Source of the DNA: Kudoa neothunni
Taxonomy: Eukaryota > Animalia > Cnidaria
Reading direction: 5' to 3'
Assembly (NCBI GenBank): GCA_964304625.1
Contig: OZ199838.1
Span: forward strand, 13,927,002-13,991,001
DNA length: 64,000 bases
A program made the translations under genes and the position numbers. Shown here in pieces: positions 40,616-53,084 of the stretch. The notes beneath the pieces are model-generated. The model was not told the origin of the DNA. It did no database searches and saw nothing but the letters and a program-made list of their open reading frames with translations. The first letter of the stretch is position 1. Each line of letters starts with the position of its first letter.

Positions 40616-41821
40616 TCACACAGGAACAGTAGGTAACATATTAAAACCACAAAGATTTTTTGCAGATATTTTTCCAAATCCGTTTATTCCCCAATCTCTT
40701 CCCCAACTAAGTTGCTCAAATAGAAATTCAACACATTAGATGAATGATTACCTATTTTGGAAAATGAAATAATGTTCTTGATATTCCTCGTCGAAACCAT
40801 ATCCAACTAAGACCATTGCATGGTTGGTATCTTCGAAATCAGTGCTACAGGTATGATTGTAAATACCACCACTGTAGAAAAGGAACGATTTGGAATTGAT
40901 AGTGGAGGCAATGGACAATGGACCGTAATTGTAGAGCATACTCTTGAGTTCATCGACACTGCCACCTTTCACTATGTACCCAGATATATTGTAGAAAATA
41001 GCCCTGCTTAAATAAGCGTCGTTACATACCCCATCCTACAACCAAACATTATCAAATATTTATTATATAAATTTAAAAACCTTCATCTGATAAGGGTAAA
41101 CGTTCTCATTAACCAATCCATTGAGACGAGCGAAATCAAACACCATAGAATACTCACCACCATCGCATCCGTTATTTTCAGGCTCACAATCCATCACATA
41201 TTGTGGACTTAATGTGACCAGCTTGTGGTGGTGAATAGCATAATAGTATTCGATTGTAGTTATCTATCGTTTTAATAAATATGTGAATATACTGAACCAA
41301 GATTTACTCCAGACATAGCCCAGCAGGATCCGCATGATCCCTGATCACGCAAAATCACCGGAAATCGCAATGCCCAGTTCAGGTGTTTTGGTACTTTTTT
41401 ATACAAAGAAAAATCCTTATTTTCATAATACAATTTTGAATAATGTGATGGGTGCGTGTTTAAAGGTTTTCTCCGTCTTTCACCGAAAACTTCACTCAAT
41501 TCCTAGAGGAAGGTTAAACGTCGCCAGGACTAGATAATTCGTTGAAAACAATACCATATGCGCAAATTTGTTCAATTCGACGTCACTAGAGTGATTTCTT
41601 AAATTAAAATCCTCAATAAATTTTCTGTTGGAGGTAAAAATTTTGTATCGCTTCACTTCTTCGTTTGGGTCAAACACCAGTCCATGCTTTTTTTTGTGTA
41701 TTTCCCAATGGGCATCAAAAACGCACCACGCGGAATGGCACCAAACAGCAGCGAGCAGAATAGTTATTAGCAGCTTGTCCGTGTCAACATATTTCGTCGC
41801 ACCAACCATCACTAATATCAT
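40616..41821 (-). CDS. Cathepsin-L-like cysteine protease (papain family C1A), catalytically intact
   Basis: Five exons with the same intron positions as the neighbouring copy. ERFNIN-type prodomain (EEVKRYKIFTSNRKFIEDFN, LNKFAHM), RDQGSCGSCWAMSG, LSPQYVMDC, GCDGG, NHAMVLVGYG, FQNSWGRDWGING. Confidence 0.92.
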
Positions 41822-42520
41822 TCACCTCGTAAAATATATTTAATAATATCAGGTACTTAAAAATAATAGTTTTAAAATAATAGTCAGTATATTAAATGTT
41901 AAGAGCATTATAACTATTTCAGTTAGGGTACCAATAAGAGAGTAATCCGTGGGTGAACATATAAAAATATTCCTAATTTTAGAAAACATAACAGACATGA
42001 CATATGGTGATTTTCATTGGTGAGATATAGGTTCAAACAGACACACTCTATCAAGGATTAATTTATTATTAATCTAATACGGTAGATAATCGATTTTCCG
42101 TAATCCCCCCGGGACCAGAGAAAAGTTACTGAAAATGCATCACTGATCGATTTTCCGTACTTTTTTGATGCATGCACAAACAATCAAAATATTTCGTGTT
42201 GATGTATGCAGAGGTTACCTCCTAACTATTGTTGGGTGATCGTCGACGACGATAACCAGTTTAATAAAGTATTTTTCTAGCGACTTGCTACAATGTAATA
42301 TAATTAAGTTCACTATTATTAACTTTTCGAATTTTTTTATCCTTTTAACATTAATTTAAGAAAATCTGGTGGATATGCATTCAGATTGCTATCATTTTCA
42401 ATTACGCAGTTTTTAACCGAAATACTTTTGTAATTGGACTTTGAAAAAATTATTTTTTTATTGAGAGATAATAGTTAACTTGATGAATTATTTGAAAACT
42501 TCATGAATGACGTTATATAA

Positions 42521-45500
42521 TAGAGCTGGCCAAACCGTCACTCTTTGAACGTTATGGTGTGGCTCTCGAACAAAAATTCGTTGATTCAACATTTTTTAAT
42601 TTCAATGATTGCTTTAGTTTAGAAAAATCCACAGTTGGAGCTATTTAATAGACTGAAGAAATGAACTCTTTAATTGTAACCTAGATAGTATTTTTGTCTA
42701 GGAAACATAGTCCCGAACACTCATACTGTTTCAATATTTGATTCAAGCTAGAATTATTACTACAGTCGAGATTGGATATTGCGTGGGTTTCTGGGACAAA
42801 AAAAACCCATGCAATAACAAATTTTTACGCAATATCCAGACCCTTGCGTGCGCACTGCGCGATAAAATACGATTTTTTCGTGTTTACGTCCGATGCCAAT
42901 TAGTGAAAATCAATTTTTTATATATATAAATATATTATTTAATTAAATGAAATGTGATTTATCAAATTTTGTCGAAAAAGCTTGTAATTTTAGTTTGTCG
43001 GAATCTTTCTCTTGATATTTTTAAAACTCGGTCCATTATGGGATGTAAATCAAACAATTCCGTCGGATCCTCTTTAATAAAAGCTTCCCTCAGAACGTTC
43101 ACTGCATTTTTCATTTGATTAATTGAAATTTTGATGTCTTCAATGATTGATTCGCTATCGTCAGATTCGTCACTTATGGGCAATAAGTCCTCATTATTTT
43201 CTTCCTCACATGTTGCTTCATAATCGTCATCAAACATATTTTCTGAATCTTCGATTTCATCCAGAAAAAATTAATTACGTATACGTTAAATATTACCTTG
43301 AGAACAGTTGCTGATTTGAGGTATCTCACTCACATCTTCTTGGTCTATAAACTGATAATAACTTTATTGTCGGAATTTTATTTAATACCTCCAAATATTT
43401 TTGATTTTTTAAAGCAATTAATAATAATTTGCGGCGGAATAATGTCCCAACATTTAGTTAATGTTATCATTGAGTCAAGGAATGTATATTTTTTTATGAT
43501 AGAATCTTCGCATAAAACCATTCGCTCGGTCATTGAACTTTTGTACCTGCTTTTAAGGCAGCGAATGATGCCTAAATCAAGGGTTTGTAAAATACTAGTT
43601 GTATTTTTAGGTAAGAACAAAAATTTGATATTTTCAAAGCAATCAATATTTTTGGATGGCCTGGACATTGGCCCAACAAAATTAAGACTTTTCTATTCTG
43701 ATTTATCATCCTTCGGTTAAACTTTTTCATTATTTCTATAAATATACTAGAAGTCATCCATGCATTTTTTTGTGCATAATATTCACATGGGAGGTGTTTG
43801 ACTCTTTTAAAACATCTAGGATTTTGAAATTTTCCGATAACAACTAATGGGAACTTAACCCATTTAAAGCTGAGGACAGTAAAACAGTCACCCTTTTTTT
43901 GGATAATTTTTTCCCTTAATCCCGACTTCCTCCTTTAAAACATAACTACTATTTTGTAACTGCTCATAATAAAGAGCAGTTTCGTCGATGTTAATAACGT
44001 CTTTTGGATTATATGCTCTGATCAAATCAATGTTCTCAATAATCCATGAGTCGACAGATGCAACATCTGCACTCGCAGCCTCGCCATGGAACTTTTTGAA
44101 AACTATCCCATATCTTGACTTGAACCCTGCAAGCAATCCCTTGTTGGCTTTAAAATTGGAAACTTTGTTTTCATTTGCAATATAAGAAGCCTTTTTGATA
44201 ATGGCATCTCCTGACAGAACGTTACCATTCGACCGTTGTTTAACAAACCAATCATACACTTCATCGTCTATATTTTTGAATTTATCTTCGTGCGAAAGAA
44301 TTCTATCAAGTGTTGAATGACCTTAAATGTGATTTTACAATACTATTCAATAGAAGACTACTATAGCACTCAATTTAAACTTGGAAATTGTCATTGATTT
44401 CGCACCCTTCAACGTTTTTATTGAATTGTAGTAATGGATGATTTCCATTTTCTCTGAAATATTGCGTTGTTCACGGGACATAATGAAAAAACACTATCTG
44501 AATTAAACCAATTGACCACAAAAAACCACGCAATAAAAAATTTCCACGCAATAACGAGACTTTTTGTATTAATAAATTTTTTTAAATTTTTTGTTAACAA
44601 ATATTTTTACATTACAATAAGATAATAACAATTTGAAAAAACTAAATTTCTCTCTTTAAAGGATAACTTTGAAAATCTCTAATTACGCAATATCCAGTCA
44701 CGCAGTATCCAATCTCGACTGTGATGTTTTTCCATTACCAAAGTGATGGATATCGTAAGGATAAACACGCATTAAAGCTTGAAAAAGGAGGGTAGACAAA
44801 TGTGAATGAGAATGGTCACAGACTGGCTCTTTGGTTAGTTTAGAAATGACCCAACTCGTCCCTCGGTGCAATTAAAATAACTCGACACGCGCTGTCTCGT
44901 AGCTGCGCCAATTATTTATTAGAATTGGAGCTTAAGTGACAATTCAAATATTATTATTGTATGAAAAAAGTTATGGATTCTTCAGATAAAAAAAACGAAA
45001 ATATGATGACGGCAAAAGAATATTCAATCCAGAATGGGAAGAAGAACTTGCCTGTACCGTGATGAAGGAGGGGGGAGCGAGCCCTTGTGTCTTATTTACA
45101 ATATGTTTTTAAATCACAACAAAGCATTTAACCTGAAACGACATTATGAGAAAAATTACGGGAAATTTTCTCGTGATTATCCTTGAAGTCTCAAATAAGA
45201 ACCAATAAGCCATGTTCTTTTAAGTCATCATTAAATAACCACCGGTCACTTTTGACGACATATTCCACCGAATCTGCTGTATCAACTGAAGCTAGTTTTA
45301 TTATTTCGTGGAATATTTCTCGTGAAAAACGTCCATATTCTGATGGAGAATTTGTCAGGAAGAATATTGCTGAAGTTGTTGCAATTTTAGATCCTAAAAA
45401 CTGATGACTTCAACGTTTGATAGAACAAACACTAGTTTCTCGTCACACTATAGAAAGGCGAATCTCTCAAATTAGTGCTGATGTTTGCGATAAACTACAA

Positions 45501-47285
45501 AATGATCTGAAGAATTCGGTTGCTTTTAGTTTAGCTCTCGACGAATCAACGGACATTCAAAACAATCTCTAATTGGCCATATTCATTCGCTATGTTTTAT
45601 ACGACCTAACTATTAAGGAGGAATTGTTGGATTTGGTGACATTGAAGGAAACTACCCGTGGCGTTGACGCTAAAAATGCACTTGATACAGCCTTAGCAAA
45701 TGTTGGCATTCAATTATGTAATCTCGTTAGCACTTCGACAGATGGAGCCTCTGCGATGGTAGATAAGAATGTAGGCTTAATTGGACTCATGAAAAATGAT
45801 CCAAAGTTTGGAAAACTTATCCCCCTACATTGCACTATTCATCGCGAACATCTGGTTGCAAAATACTTCAAATATGAAGATGTAATGAAGTGTGTACTCG
45901 AAATTATCAATTATATACGATCAAATGGGTAGACTCGTCGACAGTTCAGAAATTTTGTTGAAGAACTTGATATTGATGATAAACTTAACGATGTTTCATT
46001 CTACTGGATTGTGAGATGGCTGTGAATTAGCAATGTCTTGAATAGGTTTATGAAACTTTTAGAACCGATTAGTTCATTCCTTAAAAAAACAAATCATACC
46101 CTCAACTTGAAAATAATTAATGACTCTACGATTTGACGTTTTTTATCAACGTAATGAACAATCTTCAAAAACTCAATTTAGCATTACAAGGAAAGAATAA
46201 ATTGGTTTCCAATCTTGCTCAAACAATTTTCAGTTTCGCGAATAAAATACAAGTTTTCCGACGAGACATAATATCAATAAACTTCATTTATTTTCCAACT
46301 CTCAATAGACAACGAAATTCGTTCCCTGATGATGCAATACAAAATGAGAAATTGGAAGAATATAGAGACAAATTAGTGCAACTTATGAATGACTTAAAGA
46401 TCGTTTTGATGATCTACGGAAACTGAAACCATGATTTTTGTTCCTCATCAACCCATTTGTGATCAATGTAGTTAATGATGGTGTAAAAATTTTGAACCGC
46501 TGGTCACCGATTTTTCAACTGTGGAAATGGAACTAATGGATTTTCAAGAAGGTCTAATTTTAAAGATGATTCATAACTCCAAGTCACCAATAGAATTTTG
46601 GAAAAACGTATTAGGAATGAAATATCCCAAATTGAAAGAAATGAGTGTCAAACTTATATTTTTGGAACAGCTCATTGTTGTAAATCCCTTTATTCTACGA
46701 TGAAGTTTGTAAAATCGAGGCATCGCGGATCCCTCACAAACAAACACTTGACGGAATTAATTCGTACGACTGTAACAGCATATGAACCAGATTTCCGTCA
46801 GCTCACTGATAACATGAAAACACATAAAACTTGTTTCATTAGAAACAATTTATAAAAATTTTTTTACGAATGCATTGATTTATTGTGTTATTACTTTATT
46901 CACAAATATTTTATTTAATTTTTTGTTAGACTATCATATACGATTGAATATGGAAAATATTTTATTACTTTTGCGGCCTTTTTCAGAGAGAAAGCATTTC
47001 TTGGATCATTAACTACTAATATACTTTTCTTGAAAAACTATCATGAATTATACCTGTAAAAATTATATGTAAGTTTTCCAATGACTAACTGAATAGGAAA
47101 ATAATTTAAAAATCTTTATTTATAATTCTACAACATTTTGCATCAGGATGTGCCAAAAGTTCCCAGGAGTGTCAGTTTTAAATAAGAAAGAGATACATAA
47201 AAAGAATTTATAACGCCATGCGACTCTTTAAAATTTGGGCACCTTTAAAGTTAGCTCCCATTCTAGACAAATCTGGTCACTCCTG
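42521..47285 (+). mobile_element. hAT element (GTF2IRD2/SPIN-like transposase pseudogene about 44973-46855) with nested Tigger
   Basis: Fragments KRPYSDGEFV, ALDESTD, STDGASAMV, HCTIHREH, VRWL and FGTAHCCKSLYSTMKFVKSRHRGSLT. Degenerate ends tagagctggccaaa / atctggtcactcctg. Confidence 0.82.
42763..44721 (-). mobile_element. pogo/Tigger transposon with decayed transposase (about 42962-44400)
   Basis: TIRs cagtcgagattggatattgcgtg / cacgcagtatccaatctcgactg, flanked TA / TG. CENP-B-type HTH (WFVKQRSNG...FKANKGLLAGFKSRYGI), NIDETALY, AWMTSSIF and FLPKNTTSILQTLDLGII. Confidence 0.9.
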
Positions 47286-47288
47286 ATA

Positions 47289-48333
47289 CGATCGAACCCC
47301 GTTTATCCGGAAATCACGTTATCTGAACTGTTTTTTAAAATTTATTTGGAAATAATATAGATGATAAATAAGAAAATTTCATTTAACCGAAACAACTTTT
47401 TTCTAGAATTTTCGGATAAAAATGTCTTGAAATCTGGATTAGTGTCTGGTTAAAATTGCACCCGCATTTATTTTTTTGACTCATATATTCATTATTTATT
47501 CAATCTAAGTTTATGTTTGATTATTAGAAACAACGTAACGTATATAATATAGTATTTTATGTTCAAAATGCAACCAAGTTAATGATGAACAAATAATGTT
47601 GGGTAAAGACAAATTCCCTGATATCGTTTCGTGAGTAATATAACATAAAAATGGAGTTTATGTGATTATTTAATCACAATTTAGCAATAACTTCATAAGA
47701 CTAATTTATCCACGGAATTGGTCCAATTAAACAATGTTTGTTCACAAATTTGTTTTTTCCCATAACACCTCCATCTTTAATTCCTATTAAGTCGTAACAA
47801 TCATTAATCAATATTAAATTGTTGGATTAAGGCATATCTTAATTAAAGAGGAATCTCTTAATATCGTTATGGAGGACTCTGAGAAAATACTTCTCATTGT
47901 TACTTTAATTATTCTTACCGATATTATTAGTACAACTCACAATATCCAAATAGAGAAGACATTATAAAAAAATTAATAACAAAAATATTCAATTTTTTAG
48001 AATCTAGAATGTATCTTTCAAATATGGCGCAGTGATGTCAAGGTCGCTAATATCAGTAGTACGCATGCGCAGATTACATGGGATATCGATTCTAGAAGTA
48101 CTGTATTTTAAAATATTTTCACATCTAATTCATTATTATTACTTATATGTAGTAAGAATTGTCTTTAGAAATATATAAAACAAATATCGACTAGTGGAGA
48201 ATAAAATATGTAGTCAACCTAGAATTTCCCCCTCGCACACGCGCACCGACACCTAACTTGGTTTAACCGAAATTTCAGTATCCGAAAGGAAAATGCCAGG
48301 TACAAACTGTTTTGGATAAATGGGGTTCGACTG
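47289..48333. mobile_element. Non-autonomous pogo/Tigger-type element, copy 2
   Basis: TA|cgatcgaaccccgtttatcc ... ggataaatggggttcgactg. Colinear with 13419-14481. Confidence 0.85.
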
Positions 48334-48906
48334 TTGATAAAGTAGTAATATTCGCGCGTGTGTGTTTGTTCGTTTAGGCAAGTGCGCATAATTTTTTTTA
48401 TTGATCGAAGCATATACGTAAACTTTTAAAGGTGTTAATATATTTAAACATTAATATGTTAAAGTTTACGCATGATATAGATTCATAGTCATTTTATTCT
48501 AGGGTATATAGCTAATTTAATTTTATCCAATGTATTAAAAAAGTGATTAAAACCGTCATTTAATGGATTAAGTCGACCAAAACATGCAGGAATAACTTTG
48601 ATTGGTTAATTTTATTAACTTACTTACATTTATGTCTCATTTTTCCTTATAATACGTTTAAAATTATAAAATATTAATAATTTCGCTCGCTGGGTTGCAA
48701 TATAAAGGTCAGACTCCTATTTTTGAAGATAGGCGTGTGAGAAAACTAGAATAGTTCGTAGATCACTGATAAACTGGTCACTAAATTTTTCGCCTACTTT
48801 TAAATGATATATACTTAATTACATTAATCTTAATTTACTTTCTTGAACTTTATAGAAGCCAACAGATGTATTTTGTAAAAGATATGCTACGAATGTTTCA
48901 TTTTAA

Positions 48907-50852
48907 CCCATTCGGGGCGGGGGTCCGGGTCCAATATTTAAATTTCCTTAAAATTCAAAATATATGTTGAAAATAATCTTTTAATAGCGACATTAAATTA
49001 TTATTATATAAAAATTAAATTCTTATAGGAAAATGGCAAAATTACCAAGGGAACGAAAACCCACCGACGTATGATTTTCTAATTGAACGTTGTGTTACAG
49101 AGTGCGCGAAAAATAAACGGTTTTGTATCGATAAGAGAGCAAACTACTGTTGATTATGAAAATCTATTGAGCATTTAATGTGAATATAATTTGGGCAAAA
49201 GTAGATAATCTCCTTTTAACACACAACACATCGTCTCCTTTTCTCAGCAATAGTACTCATCATAGGTCGGCCTCACAAAGACGTGGCATGAATATTTGCG
49301 ATGGATAATCGACGGGTTTGTTTCTCCGAATTTTTTATACTGATCAAATTGGCAACGATGTATCTAATGTGATTTTATAAGCTGACTTTTTCTTTGCTTC
49401 TATAATTAAACATTCCCCATGAATTAAATGCTGCGAGCGATATCATGTTAGTAAAAAGAGACCAATACCATTTTCTCGAGCGCATTCTTATTCTGTAGCA
49501 AGATACAGAATTGTCTACGGTATCAATACCACCCGTATACTCATTGCACATATGACCAATTTGAGGCTGTTCGATCGATACATAGCGCTTTTTTGTTCTG
49601 CAGTAACGTTTCAGATGTTATATTGGTTCAACAGTAAGCGAATAACTAAGAAAAGTAACAGGCTTTGTATCATTCCTTCGAATACAGTTGATTTCAGTTA
49701 TAGGATCTTTGAAATATTCATAGTAGCCTCGGTGGTTTTTATTCATTAATTTCGGACTCGTAAAAGGACAGTTCGAAGTTCGGTTCATCCTCACTGTTCC
49801 AATAACATTAACACCTCTTCGTTTGAAATCAATCAATAATTTGTGAGAGGCGAAAAAATTATCGAAATTGACATAGAACATACCTCTATCCTTTAGCTCG
49901 TCGACAAAATTTAGCATGATGCTTCCACCTAGGCCAAAATTCTTGTTGTATAATTCTGCCTTACCTATATATACACTAAAACTGTACACATATCCAACAG
50001 AAGACGCCACAACCTATTGCTTGAAATTGAAACGGACGGGTTTTCCCTTCATATACATTTTGCAGGAGTGGTGACCGGTATATGAAATCATCTGTTCATC
50101 AATAGATAAGTTGTCGCAAAAATTTCCAAATTATTTGAAATTTTCGAATTATTGGCCTTATCTTGAAAAGCTTATCGTCTTTATCGAGTTTTGAAGTATT
50201 ATTAAAGTGGAGGTGTCGTTTTATCAACTTGAATCTTTTCAAGGTCATAGACTTTTTACAATTTCAACCCCAGGATCCATTGGAGTTTCCCAATACATAT
50301 GTTGCTGAGATAATCGATTGTAACCCAATAATTAATAATAATAATAAAATGCCAATAAAATATTTAAGTTCTTTTACGGTTAAGTGAAACGTGTGATCAT
50401 TCTTTTGTTGTGCATAAATATTTATTTCTTTAACAATATGTAAGAGAAAATTTTCATCGAAAAGTCTTAAAAATGTTTCTTAGGATTCATATCTAGTGGC
50501 GGAGTCATCATGCACAATAGTATATTTATTTTTAGGAACTGTATGGCATTCAGTGGCAATTACAGATGAATCGTTAGATTGAGATATTTTACACCATGTA
50601 GCACAAACATTATCAATTAATGGTTCATTATCAACATATGAGAAAGTTTATATTGTACCGAATATTTCTTGGACGGTCCCAACGTCAATCTTGTCACATT
50701 CCCTTGAAACAAAAGGACCTTCTTCATCAGTCAAGATATCAACATTATCTGGAGGTAACGTCACAAAATCAACCGGGTTTAGAACAGCGTTTTCCTTTGA
50801 TTTTTCCCCCGCATCCCCAAACGATTATCAAGTTCATTCTCGCACCCTTATG
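48907..50852 (-). mobile_element. piggyBac (PGBD2/3-like), 5' end interrupted, decayed transposase
   Basis: TTAA|cccattcgggg terminus. Fragments SIDEQMI, FDNFFAS, GTVRMNR, GGIDTVD and a Cys-rich C-terminus. Homologous to 32670-34619. Confidence 0.85.
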
Positions 50853-50856
50853 TTAA

Positions 50857-52260
50857 CCCTTAAAGGACAACCCTGGGCTCCACGAGCCCATATACACTAA
50901 CCGGATTAATTATAGTATTAATGTGTTAATTAATGCATTAATTCGTGGTCTCTCTTAAAGCTAGCTGTGTTGTATAATAACTCATTGATAAGAAAAACAA
51001 TAAGAATAAATATTCTACTAATTTTTTGAGATACAATTAAAACAAGTAACGTTCCTCGCGGAATGCTCGCTACATACACTTTTTTTGCAAAGGGAACACA
51101 CTTGCTTATTCCTACGAATTATGTGGCTTGGACCAAAGTGACATCGCGTTCGTCTGTTATCTTCGCAGAGTTGGATTTGGTTTGATACATTATTGGAAAA
51201 TTGATATCCAATAATTTCCATCGAGCGTTTCAAAGAGGGTTGGGTAGAAATTAATGGATTTTTGAATCTTCTTTCTTGTTCACCTTTTATTAACAAATAA
51301 GACAAATCCAATAGAAATCTTTGTCTTCTACCAAATTTATCAGTCCTCATGTAGGTAGGATTTCTATTTATGAAAATTACATATGCGTTGAATGCAGCCA
51401 CATCTAATAATTGGCAAAACACCGCGAATGGCCAACGTCGACATTTTCTCTTGCAAGAATATGTTGAAACACATTGATCTAATGTGTCAACGCCGCATTC
51501 TTTTTTGTTGTAGTCTAAGATTGCCTGAGGCGTAGCATGGTATTCTTTACTTACATTTTGAGTGTGGTGTTCTGATGAAAGAATAACCACTGCCTTATTT
51601 TGACGCGGAACATACGAAATAAGGGTGAATACTTTGTAAAAACCAAATAGCGATGAAAACATCTTTCTTAATCTATGCGCCAAAAATTCTGGGGGTATAA
51701 AAGTTCTGCATTTACGCACAGTTACAAGAATTGATGTTTTCCTTTCATACAAATATTCAGCCAGTTTCCACGAAGTAGAATAATTGTCGAAGGTGATACT
51801 ACGACCCGCATCCAAAAGGTGATGTGTTAAATTTACCACAACATTAAAAGGTAGGTTGGATTCACGGTAACTGTCAATTTTACCCAAATATGGAATTATG
51901 TTTGAAACATAAAATGTGTCGCTGTCGCAAACAATCCAGAATTTCAAATTTGTAACGAAATTGCTATCTATTTTAATTTTTTCGTCTGTTAAATATTTTT
52001 TATAAAAGATTCATAACAGGATATAGAGAAAGAAAGAGAATAAGGCCGAAGGGTTTTCTAATTGTGTTAGTGGAAACATTTAGTCGTTTCCTTGAAAATG
52101 TTTGTTTTCGAATTCAAAGTCGTGGTCTTCATTGAAAACAAGAATTCTTAAGTTATGTATATCATAGATTTCAGATAAGTTATCATGAACAGTTTCAGCT
52201 TCTTCCATATCATAAACATCACCGACGTCATCTAAAATAATCGAAACAAACAACAACTGA
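50857..52260 (-). mobile_element. piggyBac (PGBD4-like) 3' portion inserted at a TTAA; partial transposase ORF 51018-51947
   Basis: TTAA|cccttaaaggac terminus at 50853-50868. The ORF has KFWIVCDS, FDNYSTS, YNKKECGVDTLD, RRWP and a C-terminal cysteine-rich domain. The N-terminal half is deleted; the right boundary is approximate. Confidence 0.82.
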
Positions 52261-52329
52261 TACCATCAATAATTTAATAATTTTCTTAATTAGAACCAAT
52301 TATAGATTTACTATTAAATATATTAAATA

Positions 52330-52980
52330 CTAGCGCAAAAGCCCCGCTTCGCATGGGTTTCCTTGCCCAGCTAAGTAGACTAAGGCCTTGAGTAGGCCAA
52401 GGTCATCTTATGTTCAATGTCAATTTTAATTATTTATCGTCCTTTCTATAACAGTCTCGGCCGAAATAAACAGAAATAACCCGATCATCTTCACTTTCTT
52501 ATTTATTGGACTTTATTTTCATTTAGAAATCATAAGTTTTTTCAGCTCATGTGGCGAATTAATCACATTAACTAACTAATCTAATAGTATGTTAACAATG
52601 TTTCATTTAATTATAATGTTCTAACATCCTTTTATGTTTATTTAAAAAATATTTAAAACTTTTTATCTTTAATCAAACGTGCAAAGTAAATAACTTTTTC
52701 CCGCATATTAATCCCCCGTTTAAACAATGAATCTTCGTATACACCGAGTTTCCGCCTACGCACGAACTAATGTTGTAGAACTTATTAACTTAGTTTAAAG
52801 TGTAAAAAAGAGTAAAGTTAAAGTTGCAATTGTATTTAAATAATATAAATTAAAGTTATCTACTCATATCACAGAACATTATAGCGAATCACGTGCAATG
52901 GTAATCTCATTATTATCAGCGCTAATCTATTTACAAAAAGTTTACACTACAAATTCACCACTTTATAAGAAAGTATACGA
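52330..52980 (-). mobile_element. Non-autonomous Helitron-like element
   Basis: On the minus strand, the 5' end is A|TCgtatactttcttataaag and the 3' end is a GC hairpin cccatgcgaagcggg followed by ...gcgCTAG|T. Confidence 0.55.
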
Positions 52981-53084
52981 TCCCGTTGTATTTTTGTAGT
53001 TAATTTTGTACTTTTTAAAGTATTAAAATAATCTCAAATACTAAAGAAAGTCTCTGCATGAGAAGAAGATTTGTGTGTACACAC

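Noticed and set aside
51018-51947. 309-aa piggyBac ORF as a domesticated PGBD gene
   Set aside because: It lacks the N-terminal half and first catalytic Asp region, has motif damage, and retains a TTAA-flanked terminus.
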